Shown piece after piece: positions 13,531 to 26,000 of a DNA stretch of 64,000 nt. The DNA comes from Trichosphaerium sp. ATCC 40318 (lineage: Eukaryota > Protista > Tubulinea), in assembly GCA_038496445.1 (NCBI GenBank), contig JALMLS010000220.1, forward strand, positions 124,001-188,000, written 5' to 3'. A model generated the notes under the pieces. That model was not told where the DNA came from. It did no database searches and worked only from the letters and a program-made list of their open reading frames with translations. The translations under genes and the position numbers were made by a program. Position 1 is the stretch's first letter. Every line of letters starts with the position of its first letter.

Positions 13531-15303
13531 TCAATCTACAACATCCATGTCTACAAGTACCGTGTGGACACTTGCCAGTGCGTTCATACCTTTGTCTGTT
13601 ATATAGGTGGATATTAATTCAATCTTATGTACACCTGACAATTCTTTGATGCCTTTATCTGTTATATTAGTGTGGGATATATTAATTCCATGTACACCTG
13701 CCAATGCCTTCATACCCTCATTTTTTTTTTTTTTTTTTTTAAGTCTATGGTTTTTATTGGGATGTCTCACCATCCAGTATACAACATTGATGTTTTTCAA
13801 TCAGGTTTTACAACTTTACACAACTACAATGAAATTATATTTGTGGAGCACATTTCTGTGTTAAGGGTTTGAACCTTTCCATTCCAGCACCATGTATTAA
13901 TTTTCAAATGGCAGTCTATTTTTCTATTTGTATTTGAATCATCCATGTATGAGGGGGCTGACAACCGTATATTTTACCTTGCCTCTAGTCTGGAGATTGC
14001 TAGTTGTTTTTGTGGGTGGTCACCCAGGCACAGCATGCCTGGTCGTTCCCAAGAATCAAACCAACATCACTAGTCAATATCAACTCATTTATAAGCTTTC
14101 ATCCCATCATACCTGCCGCAACCCACTCTTTTGGGGGTTATCCGGTGGAATTTGGAATTGGCCAACAGCTTTTTAAAATGAGAAAGAATTTTCTCTTGAA
14201 GGGACTTGAACCAGGGACTCAATCAATTTAATTAATAGGAAAACCATTTAACTACAGGGACTGAACCTCTTCATACCCTCATCAGTTATTGATTCACAAC
14301 TCCTCAAGCAGATAGTGTGTACTCCTGCTAAAGCCTTCAAACCTTTGTCTGTAATATGAGTACATCCAATATCAATCTTATGTACACCTGCCAATGCCTC
14401 TATACCCTCGTCTGTTATTGACTTGCAATTTGTCAAGTTGATAGTGTGTACTCCTGCTAAAGCCTTCAAACCTTTGTCTGTGATATATGTACATGCCAAC
14501 TTAATCTTATGTACACCCGCCAATGCCTCTATACCCTCATCTGTTATTAATCTACAACTACTCAAGGAGATAGTGTGTACTCCTGCTAAAGCCTTCAAAC
14601 CTTTGTCTGTGATATATGTACATGCCAACTTAATCTTATGTACACCCGCCAATGCCAATATACCCTCATCTGTTATTGATCTACAACTACTCAAGGAGAT
14701 AGTGTGTACTCCTGCTAATGCCTTCAAACCCTTGTCTGTAACATGAGTACATCCAATATCAATCTCATGTACACCTGCCAATGCCTCTATACCCTCATCT
14801 GTTATTGACTTACAATTCCTTAAGCAGATAGTGTGTACTCCCGCTAATGCCATTATACCCTTGTCTGTTATTGATTTACAATTACTAAAGTAGATAGAGT
14901 GGACTCCTGCTAATGCCTTCAAACCCTCGTATGTTATTGATTTACAATTCCTCAAGTAGATAGTGTGTACTCCTGCTAAAGCCTTCAAGCCTTTGTCTGT
15001 AATGCGAGTACCTTTATGATTGATCGTATGTATACCCACCAACCAACTGTCTACAGGACGTGGTCCATTTAAGAAAATAATGGTATTCTGAAGTAAAGGA
15101 CTGCCAGAAAGAATTTTAAGTTCCTCATCGCTTTCAACATTGATTCTACGATATCCAATGTGTTTATGTACGATATTATGGAGTAAGTGGCACGTTTGTG
15201 CTGAACGGAGGGTAAATGTCCCAACTTTAAGAATATGAACTATTAATTCAACTGGGAGCGCTACAAGGCCGAATATGTACTTTTCTTTGCCGGCTCCTTC
15301 CAT
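13531..15303 (-). pseudogene. Intronless F-box-like/LRR gene (copy A), split by a SINE-like insertion
   Basis: LVALPVELIVHILK F-box-like start, then 21/22-aa LAGVHxIxLxxCxxITDxG repeats; removing 13708-14268 joins the 14248..15303 ORF in frame (EGMK|ALAGVH) to the 13531-13707 repeats, giving 403 aa. Confidence 0.9.
13721..14268 (-). mobile_element. tRNA-derived SINE-like retroposon (~550 bp) with poly(A) tail and target-site duplication
   Basis: TSD cttcataccctca(t) at 13708-13720 and 14269-14281; minus-strand A box TAGTTAAATGG (14254-14244) and B box GGTTCAAGTCCC (14212-14201); AATAAA (13758-13753) then A20 (13740-13721). Confidence 0.85.
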
Positions 15304-15565
15304 TTTGTTAGAAAAACCAATTAGTCTGTGTAATTGAAGGCAGCTAGCCTCCTGAATAAATACGAAGGTGTAACTCTATAAACAACTTAAAGTTGTGCCT
15401 TAAGCTGACTTAGTTCTTATCGATACATGTTGTCTTTCTGATACGTAAGTAGTCTTGCTTCTGGTGTGGCAGCTCTCGTACTTTAACGTCTATAAATTTT
15501 AACTGAAAAGTGGTATCTTGAATGTTACCAGCTGGGAAAAACAGAAAAGTTGAAGAAGAATTTAA

Positions 15566-17080
15566 ATGTCAAATTCCGCTTTTTGTTTCTTACGGACTAT
15601 TCAAAACTTACCTAATATGATACGACACACACCTAGAGAGCTCTCCGTAACGATACCAAATGGTTTAACCATAGGAGGACGTATTTGGGGCCAATCTACA
15701 GCAACAAATAAAGTATTATGCATACACGGCTTTTTAGACAACGCCGCAACGTTTGATGTGCTTATACCGCGCTTGTTAAACATCCTAGATGGTACGTATC
15801 AGTTTCCCGAATTATTTACCCGACGCTTTTCCGAAAACTACTTCAAACGCATATAAAATGCAGGGTTTGTGTTTCCAAGCGTATTTGCGGACAAATTGGT
15901 AAATTGGATTGTACCTTTACATAATCGCCTCAAATTACATGCTTACGCACTCGTAGAGCCTACAGAGTTTGTGTGCATGGATTGCGCAGGCCACGGAAAT
16001 TCCAGCCACAGATCAAAAGATGGGCAGTATTGTTATACCAATAGAGCTATGGATGCAATACAAGTCGCTACAGCGCTAGGATGGGATAAATTTTCACTCA
16101 TGGTAAGCAATAAATGCAAAAACTTTTTGCCAATTTTTTCTTTTTACACTTTTTTTTTCAACTGTTTAACTTTTTGATGAATAGAGTCATTCTATGGGTG
16201 CCAATACAAGTGTTTTGATAGCTGGTATTGTTCCCGATCGTATTATAAAAACAGTATGCATTGATTGCATAGGACCACCTACAAGAGAACTTGAAGAAAC
16301 AACAGGTACTTGGAATCAATTTATTTTTTTTTACACAATCGAATTGTTTTCTGTGAATTCTTGTCATATGATGCTTAGGCTACATTGTTTATTATTCATG
16401 CTTTAGTAATTTTTGTTTTATACTATTCCATATGTTCTATTGTCAGCAAACCGATTAATTATTGTTAGTGCTACTAAGGAAACACATTGAAATGCAAGAA
16501 AAAATGCTTAACAGAAAACGTAGACTATACAAAACAAGAGACGAAGCAGTTAGTCGTATAACTTCATTAAACCCATTCTTGAAACCAAGCTCAGCAACAT
16601 ATCTTTGTAATTATGGTATGAAGGAGGTTGAAGGTGGTACGTTAAACCTTTTCAAAACACGTGCAAAGCAACAATGAACGCAACTAATTTTTTTAAACAG
16701 GTTTCATGTTTAAGCATGATTTAAGACTTAGTTTCAGATTTCCTCCAAACCAAGGATACTCTCGCGAACAAACAGACCAATTTTTAAAAGCAATAACATG
16801 CCCTTTACTTCTATTTTGGGCTTCTCCAAATAAGCGTAATTATAAAGCCAACGAGCAACGGTACAGCATCAACTTATAGCTTTTTTTTTTCAATTGGTTC
16901 CTACCACTTTGATTTTCTTTCTTCTCGACTTCTCTGTGCTTACTTTTTTATAGTGCTCTTGAATATCAAGCTCTAATTAAAGATTTCAGAAAGATAAATG
17001 TAGATGCAGGCCATCATTTTCATCTTGATGAGCCAGAACTTTGTGATGAACACATTGCAAAATTTTTCTCAACCAAATAA
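15566..17080 (+). CDS. Serine hydrolase-like (SERHL-type) alpha/beta hydrolase
   Basis: CIHGFLDNAATF; MDCAGHGNSSH; nucleophile elbow M|SHSMGA; GHHFHLDEP; stop at 17080. Confidence 0.85.
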
Positions 17081-17652
17081 AATAGCTGTACATAAACTGA
17101 TTGAAAAATAAATTAAAACCTTGAAAATGTACACAGTACAGCATTTCAATAACTTATCTTGTAAGATTAGTTCACACGTATTGTACTATTTCAGAACTGT
17201 CGTATGTAATGATGTAGGGAACTGTTCCATATTCCAAAACGTAAGCTTTGTTAAAAATGCCAAGGCGATTTTGAGTCAGCTTCACTATCAAACTGCTTGT
17301 TACTTTTAGCTAGTTATTCCGGACTTTTTTTGCAATTATTCTTGTAACAAAACGTCCTAGTTTCCTTGTTTTGAAGAGTGCACTTTCACTTTATGTTTCA
17401 ATTTACATTTGCCTTTACTATTTTGTCACTTATTCTCCAGGTTTACCGTAAAACTGAGTTGTATTTCATTGAAATTGTTGTTTACACTTCTCGTCTTAAT
17501 CATAGTTTTCGCCAAAGGACGTTTTGTTTCAAAAATAATTGCAAATGTTGAGTGGTTGTGAACTAAACGAATGGAATTACTACAAGAGTTACGGAGAATT
17601 ATTTATTAGTACTGATGAATAGCGGGTAAATGAGAACACAAAATGGCATCCT

Positions 17653-18470
17653 TCAAAATATAAACGGAACTAATCTGTACTTCACAGTCTGTGTGTAATC
17701 CTTATATCCAGGCAACTCACGTTGAAGTGTAGTATCTTCCAAGTATGTTCGTAGAAGCAAAAGAAATAGAGAAACAGAGCATGCTATCCACCCATAAAAG
17801 CTTTGGAATAAAATAGCTGTCGAACAAAACTGCATAAACAAAAGCACATAACCTGGGTGTCGGATATACGCATAAGGACCTGATCTACAAACCTAGTAAT
17901 CTTTGTTAAACATGCGAACTGTTTTACATTAAAAAAAAATCACGTGATGTACAAAAAAGGTAAACGTCATACCTGATGGTTCCTGTCTTTCTGAATTCTT
18001 ACATAGGAGCTGAAAAACTTATTGATACGCATCAGACCATAAAACATTCCTTGTACAACTACAAACATAGCTCCACCAAAAAACTGTACATCCATAGTTA
18101 GTTTTAGAGCTTAACAGAAGAATTTGAACGTACTGCGATTGTTTTATCGTGTCCTTTGTTTGAATCAAATGCTGAGGCTATCGGTATCCCAATAAACCAG
18201 TTTACCATCTAGTTGTACAGTAGTAAGTACGTTAAAGGTATTTAAGGTTCAAAAGGCTTACCATGTAGTAAGCAAGGCTCAAATCCCATCTTTTTGTTGT
18301 TTTGTCTGTTGCACTATTCTTCCTCTCTTTTTTGACATCCGGAGGAACAATCTTTGCTCGGAGTATCTAGCACAAGCGTCAAACATGAAAAAAAGAAAAA
18401 AGATGTTCATCGTTTTTTTGCCATTTTTGTACGTACAAGACACACGCAGAAGCATGCTATATACGTCCAT
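17653..18470 (-). CDS. Isoprenylcysteine carboxyl methyltransferase (ICMT/PEMT-like) family membrane protein
   Basis: NKFFSSYVRIQKDRNHQ|VCRSGPYAYIRHPGY; RTYLEDTTLQRELPGYKDYTQTVKYRLVPFIF; start uncertain. Confidence 0.8.
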
Positions 18471-18599
18471 AGTGATTCCCAGAGTAATAAAGAATAGAGA
18501 AACTCTTGCATTGCGTTTGTTTGGTGTTAGTTGGGATAATGGCAATTGAACATCAGATACTAAATTGAGGAAATAGTCAAAGGAGTTCAGAGTTTTAAG

Positions 18600-18688
18600 T
18601 AGACAGGGTACAAAAACTAATGTTCAAATAAAACTCTTCAATAGACAGGGTACAAAAACTAATGTTCAAATAAAACTCTTCAATAGAC
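18600..18688. repeat. Perfect 42-bp tandem duplication
   Basis: tagacagggtacaaaaactaatgttcaaataaaactcttcaa x2 plus partial tagac. Confidence 0.95.
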
Positions 18689-18942
18689 CTGGAATCATAT
18701 TTCAAAGAGGTATTTTCCATGCCGATTCATATACCCGTATTTTGATTCGTAGTACAGCATCTCGCTCTGTGGCTTTTTTTAGTTAATCATTGATCGATTC
18801 AAATTAATTCGAACAGGTGGGATTTTTTAACACGTGCTACACTATGATACCAATTTGAAAAAAATTTGTTCGCTTTTGTTTGGCTGAAGTTTTTTTTAAA
18901 TTCTTGTTTACAATTCTCTAGTTTACAAAGAGAGTATATTAT

Positions 18943-21900
18943 TTACACCCTGAACGCAGCACAAGTTGTATGATCCATCTTTCCTGGGTACGCAGTATAA
19001 TCTTCAGGAACTTTATCACCTGTAGATTGCATAAACTCTCGACTCTTCTTTGTCAAGTCCCTTTTTTTAAAACATCAGTTCACGTGGACGTTTATTTTTT
19101 TTTGATTGAGAAAAAGATCAAAATAATAATAATAAACAGTTCGTACTCGCAATGTCGCATTAAGATATCTGTAAGAGCTTTAGGATTCTTTGCAAGACTA
19201 ATACGTTTGGATATGACTTTAATTCTTGCTGCTTCTCTGACATGGTCAGGAACATCTACAACGAAAATAAGGTTCAAAAGTAACGAACAACGAGGAGGAA
19301 AAAAAAAACCAGACTAAAAACAGAACAGAACTCTCACCTTCCCAATTGTCATAGTCAGTATATTTTTTAGGATCCAAACCCATGTAATGCGGATCAAAAT
19401 TATCGTGAACACCGTCCGATACAACAAATATGATATCCCCTACACAGAATTTAAAAAAACAGCAAAAAACGCAACACCATAAGTAGAAGCAAGCGTTACC
19501 TTTACGGCAGGGTGTGTAGTAAAGTGACAAGTTCGATAAATCAGCTTTATCACCATCATAAGGTCCAATACGTCCACCACTATCCTTACAATCGACACTT
19601 CCACGATTATTCAAGGTTATTTCGTGTACTTGTTTGTCTGAATGTCAAATGTCAAAACAAAGCGCCTTCTGAGTAAGAATTTGTGTACGTACCTTTGCCT
19701 TCAGGCCACAAGAACGCTTTGCAATCACCAACACTAATACATAAGAAAACAAGTTCAGGCAAAAACGGATCTCTACAAAAAAATTAGAAGGAACTAAACG
19801 CTGCAGCGAGCGTACTCTGCACGATTAAGACTAAGAATTAATCCTCCACATAATGTAGTCTGTCCTACGCGATTTACATTTGGATCATTCAAATCAGCTA
19901 TAACTGCTTGGTGTGCACAGCTGAGAGCTCTACAAGAGGCTTTAGGAACAAATTAGAGGCTTGCACTGTACTTACTTAATTAGCATTAAGGAAGCGGCGT
20001 GAATATCATCACATTGTCCTTGCTGCTCAATAACATAATTTGTAAACGCCCTGTTCGCTTTCTCAGAAGCAACCTTTGGTCCAACACCCCAATTACAGCC
20101 ATCTACGCGAAAAGAACAATTAAAAACAAACACCGCAAAACCTAACATGAGAGTTCACTACGTACCCGTTACACATATTATTGTTCTATTCTCGTATAAT
20201 TTTACTTGATACCTATCACAAACAGGATCACCAAATCGGCTTGATTTACCTAAGTGGCTTATCAACAACTTTGTTGGCGATTTTATACAAAAACCACCAA
20301 TATTATACACGTACCAGGTAAAAGTGGGTATGTAGATATCGTAGCAGCAGCAGCACGATCTTGAAAGTAAGAAAATATTTGAGTATCAGTTGGTCCCCAT
20401 AGAGACATGAGCTCGTGCCCAGCTTGTTCCTTCAAAGAGTTAGGCATGAAATAGGCTATAGAGCAAGTAGAACCTGAGAAAGTTGGTGGTTTGGTATGTT
20501 AACTAACAGGTGATCTATTGTGAATGTATACGCTGCAAGCCATTCATTGACATTACGCATTAAGAGTGTTTTCTTTTTGTTCATCTTTTTCCTTGGCGCT
20601 AAGAACCATGTAAATTACATGAGCGATAGACAAAAAAAAAAAAGAAAAGAAGTGAGCACCTTGCTTTTTTCTACTACCCTTTACACCTCTTGGCTTTGTA
20701 GGACTAAGAACTTGTTTTGTTGGTTGTTTATCACGTAGTCCTTGCGCCTAAATACAAACAAGCGGTGAGAATACGTCACTAACAGTTTTTATCCTTTTTT
20801 GTTTTCGTGAAAGCGCAAACCAAGAGTAAAATAAAAAATGAAAATCGTAAATCTCAAATCACGTGGAACGCACTTCGTCAACTGCGAAGTTTATTGCTGA
20901 GTCTGCTCTGCTATCTACTTCTTTTATCCTTTCCCCGATATCAGTAATTGTTGTAAACAAAAAAAAAAGCGTACAGTGCGGAAATAGAGTTCAACTTCTG
21001 TTTTAACCTATTAGCGAGTTTCTCCCATGATTCTGCGCGTTGCTTGTATTCATGGCTTTTAGCTTCCCAGTTTGTTGCTGAAAAATACCACCTAACAGTC
21101 TGTTAGCCAATATACACACGAGATGCCATATTTTGGTTGGTTTACAACGGCTTTTTTTTTTTGTTGTTTTTTTATGGTTGCCACGTTCGTACAACAGTAC
21201 GTACTTTTCTGCTTGGTCTTTCCAGTGTGTCACTTGTTCCTTTAGCGGTAGAGATGATACACCTCTTTGCCCAGGAGGTGTTGAGGTCTGTGAGGATGCG
21301 CTAGTCTGCTTTGAGTGACCATTAGAAGCGTTTGAGTCTTGTAGTGGTCGTGGTGAGGCTCTAAAATACATTATAAATAATGAATCGCTTAGCGTTTGCT
21401 TTTTAATTGAAAGAAAGCGTTCTAAAGCTAATCGGTGCGACTGTAAAAACAAAAAACTTCCATCAAAAAAATAAAATAAAAATAAAACAATTAACCCACT
21501 ATGTCGTAACGACACATACGGCGGAAGGTCAGACAAGTCCGGGGGTTTTGTTAATACTCCTAAAGGCGAGCTGGATGATGATACTCCTTTTCTTTGATGG
21601 CGCTTGGAACGCTGTACGTCTTCGTTAAACATCAATCCGAGACGGCGCTTTTTATTCTCAGACGTCGCTAGAGTCCTTTTAATAAGACCTGACTCTTGTA
21701 GCGTCAACTCATCACCACTAATCGGTGTATTGGCCATAGCGTTTTTTAAATAGTCAACTAAGCGTTTTGTAGAGTCACATTTGAGATTACGGCAATACTT
21801 GACACTACACAATGTATTCCAGCTACATCATTACCAACCCAGCTCACCCTTAGGACAGAAAAAAGCACGTTTTTGGTCTTACAAGTTTTTTGGCTTTTTT

Positions 21901-22834
21901 GCACAAAATTAAATAAACCGGAAACAGCAAAATTGACTTAAACACGCACGTAAAAGATCGAGACGTAGATACTTCTGCAGCCAAGAACTTTGTAAAGCGT
22001 GATTCCAGACGCACTTGTATTTCTCCTTCTGCCCAGTCAAAGAAATCTGATGTTAACGGCTTATCGCTAGCTAAACCATTCTTTACTTGCTGTATGAGCG
22101 ATTGATCAAATCCAACAGAGTCTGTAGCGCTATCTATTTGAGAAAAAAGTTAATCGAACAAAAAGTTTTCAATTCAATCAAAGCCTGTAACTGCTCATGA
22201 TAGGGTTACCTTTGATATACGTATGGTAAATATTACACGCCTTAGATTTCACTGCAGCTTCGTCCGAAAAATCGAATTTACGATAAGCAACAAGCGCTTC
22301 GTAAGCGTCAAATAGCTCCTTACTACGACACTGCTTCAAATACGCTATAAAATCATCTAAAACGACGTTGTGAATACTGCTCAGAAAATGACAATAAGGT
22401 ATCATACTCTTTTGGGGTGTTTGTTCCAAAACTGATCGGAACGACTTTAATCCTGGTCTTGGAGAGGACTTCACGACTTCATCTATTGGTCTAAAGACAA
22501 TTGGTTGATGGAAAATTGACGTAACAATAAAACAAAAGAAGTGTGTACATCAAAAAGCCTTTCGGGGAATCAGCAGACGTGCTAGGCTTTGTTTCCGAAG
22601 AGCTTGTTGGTGTAAGTGGCCTAACCCATTTCTGGTTTTTGTGAATAAGACCCCTGTTTAGTAAAGCAGCGTGTAACTCACTTGTTCAGACGTTATAGAA
22701 GAAGATCTGTGTTTAGAGAGTAAATTTGGGCGTGTGCTCGGTGATCCAACGATAGAGTCAAGTTCCGGTGAACCACTCATCCCAAGAGGCCTCGGAGAGG
22801 TTGCAATAGCGTTTATATTGATAGAGTTGTGCAT
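18943..22834 (-). CDS. RGS domain + coiled coil + PP2C-like phosphatase (CG9801-type) fusion protein
   Basis: RGS: FIAYLKQCRSKELFDAYEALVAYRK...ACNIYHTYIK; PP2C-like: DGCNWG, CISVGDCKAF, GGRIGPY, VSDGVHDNFDP, PGKMDHTT; linker exons join in consistent phase (AEK|WYFS...SAL|IKEVD...VDE|AQGL). Confidence 0.7.
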
Positions 22835-23073
22835 TTGAAGCAATTACTGTTTGTAATGGTTGCTATCACTATGTAGTTGGCATTATATTCCGGCGAACAG
22901 TCACACAATAGGCCTTTGTTATCTAAAACGGAATTTAGAAACGGAAAGTCGCACTAGGTAAATACGAGAAGAAAAAACAATCAGTCTAGCCTAAAAAGGA
23001 GTTTAATTCGTGAGCAACCTATCGCGATGTCATAGACTGTAAGTCTAGCCTCATCGTAATAAAAACAGGCGGC

Positions 23074-26000
23074 ATGACTTCGCTAAATGATAATGTATCT
23101 CTTGCGAATGTGAAACATTACGTTAGTGATGGAGAGGCTAATTTGACGCGATTTGTGCAAGGTACAATAAAATTCGATAACGCTATCACTTCTTACTGTA
23201 CAACTTAGAAAAAGGCTTGAATATTACGCCAGAGACACTGCCGCTACTAGTAAAAACAATTGTAGCTCTCAAATTGCCCAAACAATTACATTCCATAATT
23301 CTGGCTGAATGTCACCTGGGCGATGAAATTGTACAGTGTCTATTAGATATTCTATGCGCCAATCCCTCTGTGAGTAGCTTAGACTTGAAACGCAATCTCT
23401 TCACTGCAACCGCTATCAAAACGTTCAGCGATGCGCTAGAAGGCCATAACTTTACGTTAACGTCATGTGGGATGCAAGGAAACGAGACAACAGAAATGTA
23501 CGCAAAAGCCTTTGAGCGTTGGACGTAAAATAATTACTCTGACGCTTGTAGGGTCATGTCACCTAGGCTCAAATCGAGAAGACGTACCATTACGTACGAA
23601 GAATCACTTGAAGATCTAAATCGTATTTTGAAGTCAAACAGCGCTTGTACAAAGGTAAATCGTAACGAAAACGAGTTTTACAATAATTCTAACTAAAACA
23701 AAAAAAAAATAGTGCATCAACGCCAAACTGCCTGTTCTTCGATTCAGAAAGCGTCAAAACTTGAACGCCGACCGCTTAGCTGAATTATTTCTTAAAGTGA
23801 CACATATCACAAAACTCAACATAGACCACTGTAGCATGCCTGAAATATCTGGTCTGAAGCACTTGACGAACCTCAAAGAACTCACGCTAATTGGTAATAA
23901 TCTTAAGGTTATTCCAGGTGAGCTTGGGCAACTAACAGCTTTAACTATGCTTGATATTTCACATAATAAGCTTGAAGCTCTTCCTTGTAGCCTTGTTTTT
24001 TTAAATGAGTTAACGGTTCTCGATGCGTCTTTTAACGCTTTGCGTGACCTACCGTTGTACCTCAACTGCTTACCTTCACTCAATCAATTGGTACAGAAGC
24101 ATTATAGACGTTAGAGCGACTTATTGATTATTTTTATTGTAGATTGTAAACGGGAATAGACATGCGTCTGGAAAGCCTAGTATAAATGTACCCCTGGAGT
24201 ATGTATCAGATGCTACTGGGAAAGCACCTTTGGCGTATCTATCAAAGATGTTTATGCGTCAAGAAATGCTTCCATCTCATTGTAGGATCGCACTAGTTGG
24301 ACCTTCTCTGGGTGGTAAATCGTTGTTGGGTAAGTTTTTTTTTCTGAGCATCTTTTTTCTTTTTTGTTTATCTTGTATAGCATCTGCCTTGGCTAATGTT
24401 GCGAATAATGGTATAAAGAAAGCCTCATCATCTCGTTTAGTTCAATTTGTACCATCTAAGGTTCGTTTGATCAGATATATGTACTTGTTGGTAACAGGAA
24501 TGATTAGGATATTGTAATTAAAGAGTTTGAACGAAGGGCGAAAGTCAAAAGTTCTTCAAGCTCTAAGAAGTCATTATTTAAATTTACTCTTTGGGATTTT
24601 CCTGGAGGCAATGATAACGCATTGAGATGGTAAGTACTTTCAAAAAAAAAAGCCTTCATAACATGCTGTTTAATTCTTTTTGTAACTAACTCACTTTTTT
24701 TCAAGCTACATTCAGTCCTACTTTCTCTCCAAAGAGTGTATTTATATTGTGTGTGCAAACGCCAAGCATAACGGAGATGATGACATAGAAGCTCTAGAGA
24801 CGTGGTTTCAAACTTTACAAGCCCGTTTACCTCGTGATACTCGCGTTATTGTTGCATGTAAGTTTTTCTCTCTTTTTTTTTTTTCAGTTTAACAAAGAAC
24901 TTTCTAAATAATCTTTAGTGACACATTGTGGATTCAAGAAGGATAAAGTAAAAGGCTTTGTTGGAAAATTAAAGAATAAGTTTGGGTTACAATATCCTCA
25001 GATAATAGGATACTATCCTATTGATTCAGTTCTTCTTAAAGGAGTTCAAAATCTACTAAAAGGAATAACTGAAATGAGTATAATGTCAAGGTATCGGTAT
25101 GGTTCTGAACAGACTGTACCTTTACGTTATATTGTTCTTCAACAAATTGCACAAGGTACTTGTCTCTTCGGTCTTGTTGTATTGTTTGTATATTCTTGAA
25201 TGCCTTACTTATTAATATTAGGCTACAATGAACAGCAAGTGCTACCTTTAGTTCCTTATGATCAATGGCGCAAGTTAGCAGTCAATAAGGCTAAACTAAA
25301 ACCTGAAGAAGTAAACGAATGTACAAGTTATCTCCACTATGCTGGTACGTATATTCGCATCTCTTCTGTTCTGTCGCACTGTTAGCTAATAGAGTATTTA
25401 ACGAATAGGGCATCTTATGTATTTACCACTCATGAAAACAAACAAAGTAGCCCTTGTTATATTGGATCCAAAGTGGTTCCATAAATTTTTATCAACAGTT
25501 TTATTGAGTGACTGCACATCAACAGGTACGCTATCCTCATCCATACTAGTTAGTACAACCATTTGTTGTTTCTCAATACACAAACCTAGGATTCTTTGAC
25601 AATAACGAAGCACCAAGACTGTTCGCACCGTTTGTTACTCAAGACAAGAAAGTAACTAGAATCCTAACAACAATGATAACACATTTCCAACTTGGATACC
25701 AGGTATCTTCAGACGAGAACATAAATGGTCGTAGATATCCTTCTCATACAATTGTTCCAACACTACTACCACCAATCCGTCCTGATACCGAAAGTATATC
25801 AAGATACTGGCCATACAAAAGCTCAAAGGCACAACTGTTTATAGCAGTATACAAGCTACCTTTTTTGCCAACATCTATCCTACATTACTTGGTTTCAGCA
25901 TTAGCAAGTGAATCATGGATACCAAAGCTAGTATGGCGTCTAGGCGCTTTATTAAAGCTAAGCAAGACTGGTGTTATTCTATGCGAAATAAAAAATCATG

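Noticed and set aside
14200-14265. Functional tRNA gene
   Set aside because: A and B boxes are present but I see no acceptor-stem pairing or anticodon arm; it lies inside a TSD-flanked poly(A) element
14290-15040. CRISPR-like repeat-spacer array or DGR
   Set aside because: The repeats are in-frame LRR codons; no cas or reverse transcriptase genes in the window
18600-18688. Regulatory or mobile role for the 42-bp duplication
   Set aside because: No other copies or flanking signatures seen; a simple tandem duplication or assembly artefact
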